This document shows positions 38,359 to 50,747 of a DNA stretch of 64,000 bases, one piece after another. A model generated the notes under the pieces. It did no database searches, had not been told where the DNA came from, and saw only the letters and a list, made by a program, of their open reading frames with translations. The DNA is from Mytilus californianus. Lineage: Eukaryota. A program made the translations under genes and the position numbers. The stretch covers positions 6,510,001 to 6,574,000 of the forward strand of contig NW_026262701.1 in assembly GCF_021869535.1 (NCBI RefSeq). Direction: 5' to 3'. Each line of letters begins with the position of its first letter. Within the stretch, counting starts at the first letter, position 1.

Positions 38359-39177
38359 TTTTTGTCTCACCTAAGACTAAAGTCCAGGAAAGCGAGACTT
38401 AGGGATTGTTTTTCTGGCGATGGTGACGGTGTCAAGAATTGTTAAGTTTTCTGCTTAAGTTAGTTTGACAGGGACAGATAGATCAATGACATTTTGTATG
38501 AAGTTGCATTGCTATCAGTACATATCACTTTGATGACTATTTTGAGGCCTTGGCCCCTAGGATATGTATGGTCCAGTTACTTTGAATTAATTATCAATTT
38601 TCAATGTTTAGTTTTCTGCTTAAGTTAGTTTGATAGGATCTACTTGTGATAGATCAATGATAAATTTGTATGAAGTTGCATTACTATCAGTACATATCAG
38701 TTTGACGACTATTTTGAGGCCCTGCCCCCTAGGACATGGCCCAGTGACTGAATTAATTATCAATTTTCAATGTTCAGTTTTCTGCTTAAGCAGTTGTTTA
38801 GTTAGTTTGATAGGATCTTCTTCTGATAGACCAATGATATTTTGAATGAAGTTGCATTACTATCAGTACATATCAGTGTGATGTCTATTTTGAGGCCCTG
38901 CCCCCTAGGACATGGTCCAGTGACTGAATTAATTAACAATTTTCAATGTTAAGTTTTCTGCTTAAGTTATATTGATAGGAACTACTTACAATAAACAACG
39001 ATATTTTTCTATAAAGTTACATTACTGTCTGTACATCTCAGTTTGTCAACCATTTTCAGGCCCTGCCCACTAGATCATAGTCCAGTAACTGAATTAATAA
39101 GCAATGTTGCTGTCCATCAGATTGTCTTTTTCTGAATTTTATGCTGATAGGCGAGACATATCTCTGCGTCAACAGTT
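38359..39177 (+). mobile_element. HINE-like element with ~165-bp internal units
   Basis: 5' TTTTTGTCTCACC, 3' GGCGAGACATATCTCTGCGTCAACAGTT; four to five tandem units. Confidence 0.8.
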
Positions 39178-40723
39178 TTTTTTATTTTTCATGTTGAAAT
39201 GTGAAATTTCATAGACAAATTATGAAAATCAAGTAACACTTGTAAGATCGATCAAGTCAATAATGATATAATAAGATATATATATTACAACTGATTTAGT
39301 TAATTAAATGCTGCGCTTAACAATTGCCAATGCTGATCTATTTTTACTTTTTGTGCAGAGGTCAAGAAACATACAGAGTATTTTTATGCCCCCCACCTTC
39401 ACCAGAGTGGGCATTAAGTGTTACCCTCGTCTGTCTGTCCAAGCGTATGTACATAAGTGTGTCCAAAAATTGGTTTCTGTTCTCAAAGTATAGTTTACCT
39501 CAACCAAATATTACGAAACTTATACACAATGCTTATTACCACAAAACACAGATCAAGTTTGAATTTGGGTGGCATCGCTTCTACCGTTCTAGAGTTATGC
39601 TCCTTTACAAATGGAACAATTGCTGAAATTTTCTTTTCCGTTTTCTAATTTAAGTTTGCCTCAACCAAATGTTATAAAACTTATACGCAATGCTTTTTAC
39701 AATTCAATTCAATTCAATATTTATTGGAAAGAGCACAATAGAGGCGTGATCCAAATACAGACAATAATAATATTAAAACAACATATAAATGAAATATAGA
39801 TGCATGTAACAGCAAGTCATAAGTAAATTCTATAGATACCATAACATTCTAAGTATATTCTAAACTCATATTAATACCATCACACATATACATCACGATT
39901 ATTCTAAATTTTCATAATCCTACTTAAAACACACAATCACCTATATAAGATATATGTGTATATGCACAAACTACTATAAAGCATTATTATCTGATGAAAC
40001 AGTATGGTGGTGGTCTCTCAAATCAGAGCTTCTTCAATATACATACAAATAAATTTTAGTTCTTTTTCAGACATAGGATTTAACATTTTGGTAAAATTTT
40101 CATCCAAATTATTTGAGTTAATATCATTGATTTTATATTTAGATCTAATTTTGTTATATTGAGGACATTCAATCAAAAAATGTATCTCATTTTCAATTTT
40201 TCCTGTGCAAAATTTACAAAATCTCTCATTAGAGGGTATTATTGGTCTTGCATACCTACCAGTTTCTATTGCTAATGAGTGTGCACTTATTCTTAATTTA
40301 GTGAGTTTTTTTCTAAGATATTTAGGAACATTAAAGTTCAAATATTCTTGTTGTTTAAATTTAGTATAAATTTTACTAAAAAATAAAAGTTTACCACAGT
40401 TTCCATCTTTTATCTTAGATGGTTCAAATATAATTTTATTTTTGTAGAAATCTTCTAGTTTCTGTTTGAAATTACTATTACAATGCCTGTTTAAGGGTAT
40501 TCCAATATATTTTAATAATTCACATAATTTATTAGACCATGAATTTTCTCTATTTGTGAGAGTTTTGTCCACTTCAAAAGCAGCCTTGAGAATTTCATGT
40601 GGACCACCAGACCGTTCACCAATATCACTGAGACGCACATAGTATTTATACATAAGCTAATAGGTAATGTGCCCAATTCGCACCGCACTGCTAGAATGGA
40701 AGACTTTCCATGAACCCCAAGTA

Positions 40724-40931
40724 CTGTGGATTCATTATTATTCGTTGGATACCAATTTTCGTGGATTTCGTGGGTACAGGTGAACCACGAAATTAAATGT
40801 TCAACGAATAACAAATTTTCTAAAGGCTTGTATGCAGACTTCGGTAAAACCACGAAATTAGATAACCACGAATATGTAAGTTTTCCTAAATCCACGAAAA
40901 TTAGTACCCACGAAAATAAATGAATCCACAG
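40724..40931. mobile_element. Tc1/mariner-like MITE, 208 bp
   Basis: TIR CTGTGGATTCATT / AATGAATCCACAG with TA on both sides; removal restores RT ...FKNI-LGVHGK.... Confidence 0.93.
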
Positions 40932-41130
40932 TATGTTTTTAAATATGGAGTTTTGTGTTTTTTCTAATTTACTTTTGTCTAATGCTTCAAAATTTGGTTT
41001 GAATTCTGATATCCATACTTCTGATCCATAAGTTAAAATAGGAATTATCATTGAATTAAAAAGCTGAAGCCAAGTTTTAACAGACAAGTTTTCACTATAT
41101 GGGAGTTTAGACTTTAATGCAAAATATGCT

Positions 41131-41971
41131 TTTTTATACGTCCGTCAAATTTTTGACGGGACGTATTATGTTATACAAATGTCCGGCGTCCGTCCGTCTG
41201 TCTGTCTGTCTGTCCGTCTGTCTGTCCGGCGTAAACATGTCGCACTGTAACTTGAGAATGACTTATCCAAATTTCATGAAACTTAACATAGTTGTTTCTT
41301 ATGATGGTCAAACGATCTGTATACTTTTTAGTGAAAATAAGATTTAAACTTTTTGAGTTACAGGACTTAGTAACTAAAACAGGTGTGTGTTTTTTTTCAC
41401 ATGTCGCGCCGTATCTCAAAAACAATTTATGATTATTGCTTAAAACTTTACACACTTCTCAGTTATATTAATCTTAAGATCTGTATACTTTTTGGTGATG
41501 ATTCAAAATTTTATTTTAGAGATATTGAGTATTTTGTTAAAAAAGGGGGAGGGGTTTTTCACATGTCGCACCGTATCTCAAAAACGATTTATGATTATTG
41601 CTTAAAATTTTACACACTTCTTAGTTATATTAATCTAAAGATCTGTATACTTTTTGGTTTTGATTCAAAATTTTATTTTTGAGATATTGATTTTTTTTTT
41701 TTAAAAGGGGGGTTTTCACATGTCGTGCCGTATCTCAAAAACGATTTATGATTATTGCTTAAAATTTTACACACTTCTTAGTTATATTAATCTAAAGATC
41801 TGTATACTTTTTGGTTTTGATTCAAAATTTTATTTTAGAGATATTGAGTTTTTTGTAAAAAAAAAAGGGGGTTTTCGCATGTCACGCCGTATGTCAGAAA
41901 CTATTTATGCTTATTGCATAAAAATTCACACACAAGACAACGGGCGTATCATGCGCTCATGGCGCAGCTGT
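41131..41971 (+). mobile_element. HINE-like element with (GTCC/GTCT)n microsatellite and about three ~160-bp units
   Basis: Inserted in a T-run without TSD; removal restores RT ...SDKANK-AYFALKSKLPYSENLSVKTW.... Subterminal ATACGTCCGT/ACGGGCGTAT repeats and 3' hairpin TGCGC-TCATG-GCGCA. Confidence 0.9.
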
Positions 41972-42090
41972 TTATTAGCTTTATCTGAGAGGCTTGACAC
42001 TGCCTGTATAAATTTTCCAGAGCTATGAAAATCAACTAAGTATTTATAACAATCAACGATTTCAATTGCATTAGAACTGTAATAAAAGTA

Positions 42091-42267
42091 TCTTTGCAAA
42101 AATATAGTGCTGAATGGAAACTGGATGTGAACTTTAAGAAAACAAAAATTATAATTTTCTCTAAAAATAAAGTTTTCTTTATTTACTTTATTTTTAGAGA
42201 AAATTATAATTTTTGTTTTCTTAAAGTTCACATCCAGTTTCCATTCAGCACTATATTTTTGCAAAGA
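42091..42267. repeat. Perfect 82-bp inverted duplication with 13-nt spacer inside the RT region
   Basis: Arms 42091-42172 and 42186-42267 are exact reverse complements on reading. Confidence 0.92.
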
Positions 42268-43470
42268 ATCAAGAGAGTTCTCGAGACCAGCTGCAGATTC
42301 AGATATCAATAATAAATTATCAGCATACAATAAATGGTTCACTTTTTGATCATGTAAATTTACTGCTCTAGTTGAGTTTGTATCTAAGTATTTTCCTATG
42401 TCATCAACAAATATATTAAATAAAGTCAGACTTAAACTGTCTCCTTGTTTGACTCCCTGATTAGCAAGAAAAGGCTTAGTAAACATATAGCAAGAAAAGG
42501 CTTAGTAAACATATTTTGATATTTACATGAATATAAGGTATTAGAGTACATGTCATGCAGTATATTATAAAATTTGCCTTGTATTCCTTTATTTTGTAAT
42601 TTTAAGAATAGAGCTGATCTCCAGACACTGTCAAAAGCCTTTTTAAAATCTACAAAAAACACATATAGTTTCTTTTTGCATTTAAACAAATATTTGTTTA
42701 TTATTGTTTTTAAAATAAAGACATGATCTATAGTTCTGTAATTTTTTCTAAAACCACCTTGATTTGAAGATAATAAATTATTTGTTTCAAGAAAATCACT
42801 AAGTCTTTTTTGTAATATGGAGGTAAAGACTTTACCAAGACAGCTTGTTATGCTTATACCTCTATAGTTCCCACAATCAGATGGGTCACCAGATTTATAA
42901 ATTGATGTCAATAGAGAAATGTTCCAAATTTTGGGAAATTTTTCTGAATTAAGTATCTTATTAAAAAGTTTTGTTAGAAGTAAAACTAGAGTGTTTGACC
43001 CTACCTTTAGAAATTCATTAATTATCAGATCAGGACCTCCAGATTTTCCCTTTTTTAACTTCTTAATGCAGTCTTTGATTTCTTTACATATAATAGGGAC
43101 ATTAAGGGATGTATTAGTAAAGTTATGGTCTTTGTTCTCTATATTTTTAATTGTTTCAATTTTATCATTTTCACTTGAAGCAAGCAAATTTTTATAATGA
43201 ATCTCCCATTCTTTGGCAGAAATAGCAGGCTCACAGTTATTATTCTTTTTTTTGTAATTATTAATGCTACCCCAAAATTCTTTTGTGTTCTTTGGATTTA
43301 TATCATTTATTTGTTTTATCAAGGATTGAAAAAAATCCTTTTTCAGTTTATTTTATAAGTTTATTGTATTCTCTTTTACAGTTGCAATAAGTCAATCTTA
43401 ATGCATTATTATTAGGGCTTTAGCTAATCTATTTCCAAGGGAACGAACTTCTTTTCTAAGGAGTAAGCAA

Positions 43471-44592
43471 TCATTTTGACATCCATACTGTTTTAGGTTT
43501 TGCCTTTTTTGTATGTCTTTGCATTATTGATTTTTTTAAATTTGCTTTAAAAGAAACTGACTTTTTTGCAGCTTCTAAATAGATTTCATTAGTTTTGGTC
43601 ACCAAGAAGTCAATATCATTGAAATTATTATCGTCAATTAGTTTGTTTAAAGATGGAATGTCTTCTACACTGTTTTCTTCTAATAAAGCATCAATATAAA
43701 TGTCCTTGTTCTGATCGGTCCATTTAAAAGTACCAGGAAGGGACCATAGTTCTTCCTTATTTATTTCTTTAGAATTTTTAAAATTAAAAATATTCAATGC
43801 TATTAAACAATGATCTGATAGATCAGTAGGTGGTTTTACCATAAAATTATTGATGGTATAAAATAAATTCTGTGATGTCAACATATAATCTACTGTGCTC
43901 TTACCATTACTATTATAAAATGTAAAGTAGCCAAGTGAGTCACCAAGGAATCTTCCGTTGACAATTCTCATTTGAGAGGACTTACAGATATTCACTAGTA
44001 AATTCCCATGTAAATTGTTTTTTTGATCTAATTGATTTCTTTCTAAGGGTAAATCAGGTGTATAATCTTCTGGTACTGGACAGTCTGTAAAATTGTCATT
44101 AACACCATCATTTTGAATAAAGTCATTTAACCCTCCTGTGCGTGCGTTAAAATCACCACTTAAAATCACCTCACCTTTAGATAAGAAAAAAGAAATATCA
44201 TTTTCCATTTTTGTGAATGTCAGTTCAGAAATATCCTTATTAATATATGGTTTGATGTAGGTAAAACATAGAAAAATGTCTTTCTCCAAATTGAGAAAAG
44301 TTCCATCTATTTTTAACCATATTGAGAAGTTGTTCTGTTTTATTTCAGAAATTACATTTTTAAATTTGGCTTTTATAAATACAAGCATGCCACCTGATGG
44401 TCTTCCACTTTTTTTTGCCTTAATAGGCTTAATTGTATAGGGAGATGTAAAACCTGGAAGATTTCCTGGAGACTCTCTCAACATTGTTTCTGCAAAACAA
44501 ACTATATCATATTTACAAACATTTTCAATAAACAAATCATCCTGAAATTTATCTTCATTCAAACCATGGATATTCCAATAGGCAATATTCAT
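43471..44592 (-). pseudogene. LINE ORF2 apurinic-like (EEP) endonuclease domain
   Basis: MNIAYWNIHGL, DIVCFAET, ILSGDFNART, STVDY, LSDH motifs; frameshift after the linker. Confidence 0.93.
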
Positions 44593-47500
44593 ATAGGTAA
44601 GTCAAAAAATCTATCTATTTACAAAGGACGTGGGGAAAGGGAAATAACTCAATTATTATTACTTTAAAGATCTTTTTGGTTAATAATATGTGCAGGGACA
44701 TATATATTTGTAAATCATTGAAATGTTTAATGTGTATTTTTCTTTTTGTTTAGTTATCCAAATAATATATAAATTTATAAGTTTCTTTTACTTTACCTTA
44801 AACCACCATAATGAGAGTCAAACATGGAACAAGGGTAGTAATTCTAAATTTTTCTGTTTCATGAAATGTATGCTAATTTAATGTATCATAAACATTGTTA
44901 GCAATATGTATGTAATAGTGCCTAAACTATAATAACCAGTATACTTTTAAAAAGTGTATATTACAATATACATGATATTATTAATGACATTTTCAAGCAA
45001 CTTAAATAAAATGAGAACATACTATTGTGATTTTTGTACAAAAATAAAAATGACAACTATAATAAATGCTTATTATTCTAATTGGCCATAATGAAAGTAT
45101 AAGTATGACTAAAGTAAATGTACTGTACTATATAGTTTTTTTCTGTTAAATCTATAACTGAATTATCGTGCAAGTTCAATAAGTCTACTGAGAAGTTGGT
45201 TCATCTCACTTTGGTTGGATCTCCCATTGTTAGCATTATGATATTGTTGACTATAATAGTTATAGGGGTTTTGGTTTCCATTGTACGTGTAGTTTTGCCT
45301 GTAAGACTGATTGTCATTGTTTTGTCGACCATAGGAGTGGTTATGTCTAAAGTTTCCGTTTGGTGTTTTACTTGTAGAATTAGAAGTCTTGTACTCATTA
45401 TAAGGTTTAAGTCCCAATTCTGGGTTAAATGTGTTTTCAAGATTCTGACGAGGCATTTTTTGCCTAATTGATTAAAGGGAAAATTCGTGATTTTTTACTT
45501 TTCATCTTATTATGTTCATAATACCATAAAAAACATATTCACCAAGTTTTATCTGGATATGAACACTAATAAAGAAGAAAATTGGGAATTAATAATTTAA
45601 TTTATTTGAACTTCCTGACTTATGTGACGTAGTTTAAGTCTTTTTGCATGCCGGGAGTGAATAAATCTCATTGTAAGTCTTGTTCGTTAATCATCTAATA
45701 ACGCGATTTAAGCGCATCGACGACTTTTGGTGTAGCTATTAACCAACTAATAATTAAGAAAGTAAAGTGATCAGCCGTGCAACTTTCAAAATTAAAATGT
45801 ACGATTTATATTTAAAGGATTTCTGATATGATCATGATGATTATAGTAATAAAAGTAAATCATACAATAGAATATATTTTTATGAATTTTTTTTTCCGAT
45901 GGATATTTTGAACAAACATATATAACTGATATTGTTTTACAAATGCATGTTTGTATTCTCACCTGAAGGCTTTTACTTCAGTCTAGCAAACATTTCCCAC
46001 TAGTACTGTGTAAATACAATGTGTATTATACTGTGACACTTAGTGACTACCTGTTGAATGCGTGGTTAAATTCAAGGTAATTAAAAGATTAGCATTCTGT
46101 AATTCTATTCTTTTGATCTTCACTCAGTGAATTTTAGCCAACATGGTTCACCGTTACAGGTGTGAACAACATTTCGTATGAATGATAAAAACATTAATTA
46201 TTTGGGGAGGAATATGGTGGCAAAATACCTGAATCACCGTTATATATATCTTTTATATTTTGCGTAAGCTTAATTTTATAATAGATAGGTGAGTATTTTG
46301 TTGTAACATCGAAATTCTGTATTACTTTCAATTAAATAATTTTATAAATAAAAAAAAAAAAAGAAGAAAAAAAAAGAAAGAGATGAACGGTAAGTCACAT
46401 CAGATTCAAATATTTATATGGTTGATTGTCGTTAACTAGAGATGTATAGTTACGTGTCTCTGCGTTAACTTATAAGAATGACAGGAAAGTATATACTTGA
46501 AATAGATTTATGATGAATAATATGCAACTGCGGCACCCCTTTTTATCAAAGTGTACATGCATGTATTTTAATGACTGTCCGTTATTTCGATTAAGAATGA
46601 CAATTGTACGTGAAATTCTATAGTTGCCAGTGAGACTTTCTTTTACCAGATATGCGACTTTTCGTATTTATATTTTCTCTCATATTACTCTCATTTAATA
46701 TTTTAATATTTTATGCATAAGTGCAATATTTGGGAATAGTTTATTCCCCCACAAGCCAACTAAATAAATTAATCAACCATCTAGCTAATCAGACGTTAAT
46801 ACAAATATTATCAGTCTATCCGGAGTGAAGTTTCTTTATTTCTTCAAATAGATTTTTGGGGGATCATTAGTGTACGGCCAGTGGCATATATATTACATGC
46901 ATGTCGGAACAGAAAAGTTAGCATAATGTACTTTTAGAACCATGTTCACATCATTATACATTATACCCATCAATTGTGGTGATGACGAATTTCTTCAACT
47001 GTTCGAGAACAATCTAAATGAAATATAAATCTGTGATTTTACTATGTCCATAACTTCGATGAACCAAAGCAAGTAAGATATCAACCTGTATTTAAATCAA
47101 ATTGGTTCTGGATGTTTCTCTGTTATATTCAAAAACATGTATATATTTTAATTGCGACTATCTATAGTTCCGTAACTTTCTATCTAGGCTTATTAACCAA
47201 TGATCGACAAGTGCGTACATTTTTGTTAAATCAATATTTGTATGTTTCAAATTGTCCATCATTATTGACAACGAGTATATACTTACATTTTCCACAATTT
47301 ACCCTTGGAAAAATTTTATCAAATCTTCGTTTGGAATTATTTAGATTTTCATAAATATCATTCTTTACATCAGAAATGTTATTTATAAACAAGCGTATGT
47401 GTTTATTAATGACTAGTATATCACTATCGGACACGCAAGACAAAGATGTATATTACACCTGATAGTTTCAAAATGGAAAGTTACAAGTTATCGGCCGTGT

Positions 47501-47691
47501 ACACTGATCAATACCCTTAGAAATGAAGGGATGCATGAACTTGCTTTATGTAATTGTGTTATAAGAGTTTTTAAGCCCGACAGGAAATCGCATGAATACC
47601 TGGACGTGTCACCTCACAATACCTCTGGGAATAATTCCTTTAGCCATGCTGGTGATCAGATAAGGGAAGGTCTGAATTTATTTAAATAATT

Positions 47692-47810
47692 AGATATAAG
47701 AAAATGTGGTATGAGTGCTAATGAGACAACTCTCCATCCAAGTCACAAATTGTTGATTTATAAAAGTAAACCATTATAGTTCAAAGTACGGTCTTCAACA
47801 CGGAGCCTTG
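47692..47810 (-). mobile_element. Copy of the dispersed repeat family nested in the Kolobok-like element
   Basis: ATAAGAAAATGTGGTATGAGTGCTAATGAGACAACTCTCCATCC. Confidence 0.75.
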
Positions 47811-47953
47811 GTTTATTACATAAAAGTTTATTACATAAAAGAATTATGAACATATTAGATTTTCGAAAACAATTATACACGGGACACTTATTTATGACTT
47901 TGACTTTTCAACTAATTCCCATATAAATTTCTTGTTTCAAAACTTAGTAAAAA

Positions 47954-47987
47954 CAAGGATTTGTATAGTAACAAATACAAATCCTTG
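47954..47987. mobile_element. 34-bp palindromic micro-element with 7-bp TSD
   Basis: CAAGGATTTGTATAGTAACAAATACAAATCCTTG; GTAAAAA at 47947-47953 and 47988-47994. Confidence 0.8.
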
Positions 47988-50325
47988 GTAAAAAAAACCC
48001 AGTTTAAATACGACAAAAATAATTACATTTTCCGTATCATGTTAGTTAGGAAAGGTTGCACAACCATGTCTATTATAATCATTTTTGTTACCCGGGAAAC
48101 TTTTTATGCTTTTCTTGTCGGATAAAACAACTGTACGCTTGACAAGATATCGACACGCAATTAGACTACGTTAGGTTACTACTGGTTTTGGTCCTTTGTG
48201 GTTTATAGATATATCGTGGTTTCTAAACCGAGAAGATGTCAAAATGGCCGCATGCAGAGAATTGATACTCTAAATTTAAAATCGATGGTGATCTCTTATA
48301 CAGCAGAATAAAACTTTAATATTTATGAATTTGTGCTTTTTTATACAGAATGAACAGAATATCAATTTTTCATTTTTTTGCGAAGTTTCCCTTTAAAATG
48401 AATGCCATCCTCTTGAAAAATGGACGTGTTATTACCACTTATGTCATTGTTCAAAATGAATTCAACATCTGATTGGTTTTCACAGTATTTCTTTATTTCT
48501 TCATTGAATTCTTTAGCTTTTCTGTTGAAATGGGGCTGTTTCACACGATCAAATGTTGGTAAAACATGTATCTTGGAACGTCTATGACTGTTTTTTTGTG
48601 TTATCTATAAGGGTTTTCATTTCATTAACACATATAGTAGTTGCTTTGATACTCAAGTCATTGCTTCCTACACCTAACACTATATGTCTGGTGTCTTTGT
48701 TTGTTGTTTCAAGAATAACCTCCCCTGCACCTTTTATATACTTCTTTCCAGGTCCGACAACCTTGATTTTGGATTGTATGTTTCTGTACAGTTTTGAAGC
48801 CAATAGACCATTGCCATGAGAGTCGATAACTATTTCTAGATCTTGAGCATATGGTTTTTCTTTAGAAATACTGTTATCATCATTTTTCTTCATTTTTTGT
48901 TCATCTCTGTTTTTTTCACTTATAAGTGTATCTGTCATGTCATCATTTTGTGAAGTTAGCTCTGCAAATCGGTTCTGTGTGCTAACGTTTGCCTTCATAT
49001 TCAATTTCAGCTACATGTACATCATGTTGTTGCTTTTCCAGATCAGATAGTTTCTTGTTTAAAAACTGGTTTTGATCCTCAAGAGCCTCATTTTGTGTTC
49101 TCAATTTTTAGTTGGATGACTCCAAATTTGTCAACGCTTTCTTTAATTCAGAATTTTCCTTCAACGTGGCAGTGTTAGTAACTTCGTTTCTTTGTAAATT
49201 TATTTTTGTCAAAATTGACTTTTCAAAGTCTACAAGTTTCTTGTCAAGGACTGCTGTACTTACATATTGTTTCTTCGTTTAATTAGATTATAACACAAGA
49301 CCATGAAGCTCTTTTTCTAATTTTTGTTGATTTTCTTTTAGGTCATTCAGATTTTGATTAAGTTCTGATATTTTGTTATTGTAGTTATTGTTATCTATAG
49401 GGTTGTCATCTTTTAAGCCTGCACAGGTGTTTGACACTTCACATATTTTGCTCTCTAATAGTTGCAATGATGCAAGAGTATTTTCTTCAGATTGTTTATT
49501 TATCACAGTAGCATGTGTTTTTGGTGTTACAATTCTAGGGGTTGACATTTTCATAGGTTTTGTCTCACTTTTGTCCAATTGAATTATGAAGTCATTATAT
49601 TCTGTGTTTGATGAATCAAGAAGACTATTGTGTTCACAATTTGTGACTGTATTGTCTAATTTAAAATGATTGTCTAGTATTGATTGAAGATATTGGAACT
49701 CTGTTTTTGCCCATGATAAATAATGTGTTCCTTGAACTGTTATGAGAAAGGTTGTTGGATATAAATGAAAAGTAAGTAATTTGTTTGAGTCAGTATTTAT
49801 TTCATCTTCAGTGCCTTTAAAAAGTTGTATAAATATTTCTCCAATTATGCCCTCTTTTGTATTTTCTTTGTCAGTCCATTTGCAAGTATAATTGTCCAAA
49901 GCCCCAAATTGAGAGTGGTATCGAAAGGCAAAAGTTTTTATCCAAAGCAGAAACCGATCTTTTGATTCAACTCGGAATGCTACCATACGCGCAGCTGGCC
50001 TGTACAACTCGTGATCAAGTTTCTCAAAAGGTGCCTATATAGCAATGCCTGTTGGCGGATTTGGTTGATCAGGCAACTTATACTTTATAAATTCAGTGTC
50101 GGGCATCCAAAGGTTGGATTGAGTAACGTTCTCAACGGCAATTTTAGGTAGATCGTCAAAAATAGACGCCATATTATTGTTAGTTTTTACAGTGACGTGA
50201 CAAGTTTCTGGTAAAAAAATGTAGATAACGGGCGCAACGGCCATAGTTGACTGTTGTGATGGATGTAATATAGATATAGCACAAAATGTGCACTTGGAAC
50301 TATTCCCTGACCTTTGTCCTTTTTA

Positions 50326-50532
50326 CTGTAAATTCAGAAATTATTGCGTGCATTTATTATTGCGATTTTTGAGGAAAGAACAAAAATGCGAGATTAATTA
50401 TTGCGATTTCAGAAACATCTGCATACAGATATGTGTATCAGATGTCAGAATGCGAGTTCTTATTATTGCGATACTCATGGAGTCGCATTATTCGCATTAA
50501 TAAGAACCTCGCAATAATTTCTGAATTTACAG
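50326..50532. mobile_element. Tc1/mariner-like MITE, 207 bp, in the LINE 5' UTR
   Basis: Perfect 23-bp TIR CTGTAAATTCAGAAATTATTGCG; TA at 50324-50325 and 50533-50534. Confidence 0.93.
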
Positions 50533-50747
50533 TATTTAGGAATTGTTTAATATCATAGTTTGCCTATTATTAAAAGTACACATGTTCCTCAACCGGAACC
50601 GGAAGTACAATAAAACTCTGATCAATTTCGAATTTGGGTGGCGTCACTTTTACCCTTCTTGGGTTATGTCCCTTTTTATACGCCTGTATACAGGACGTAT
50701 TATGGTATACCGTAGTCTGTCAACATGTTGGACAACAACTCAAAACT

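Larger units (their letters stand above)
40018..43322 (-). pseudogene. LINE ORF2 reverse transcriptase and C-terminal region (fragmented)
   Basis: GDPSDCGNYRGISI, NQGGFR, FVDFKKAFDSV, QGVKQGD, LYADN, LTYGSEVW, IETGRY..ERFCKFC..EIHFLIECP. Broken by a 26-bp tandem duplication (42462-42513), an inverted duplication, a HINE and a MITE. Confidence 0.93.
45476..48392. mobile_element. Non-autonomous Kolobok-like DNA transposon, 2917 bp
   Basis: TTAA at 45472-45475 and 48393-48396; termini AGGGAAAATTCG / CGAAGTTTCCCT (11/12). TTAA with RR..YY ends fits Kolobok rather than piggyBac (YY..RR). No transposase seen. Confidence 0.85.
45163..50172 (-). pseudogene. LINE ORF1 (unknown N-terminal domain, coiled coil, SGNH/GDSL esterase, N/Q/Y-rich tail), split by a Kolobok-like element
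   Basis: Esterase blocks IVIDSHG (GDS-like), GVGSNDL (GxND) and EDGIHF|NQLGKKCL (DxxH) rejoin across 45476-48392; several stops and frameshifts. Confidence 0.85.
39704..50605 (-). mobile_element. Full-length (about 6.6 kb net) CR1/L2-group LINE with SGNH-esterase ORF1 and EN-RT ORF2; dead, multiply interrupted
   Basis: TACAAT direct repeats at 39698-39703 and 50606-50611; AATAAA plus (TTGAA)n tail; ORF1 ATG at 50172; ORF2 ATG at 44592; frames rejoin when nested elements are removed. Confidence 0.9.

Noticed and set aside
41117-42028. Repeated similar ORFs (FHMSRRISKTIYDYCLK...) as a tandem gene family; likewise 57305-57915
   Set aside because: They are translations of the ~160-bp tandem units inside HINE-like elements.
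47231-47443. 70-aa ORF as the Kolobok transposase or accessory protein
   Set aside because: Too short, no DDE or zinc-finger motif recognised, and bounded by stops.
45472-48396. piggyBac assignment for the TTAA element
   Set aside because: The ends are AGGG..CCCT (purine start), not the CCC/YY start of piggyBac.
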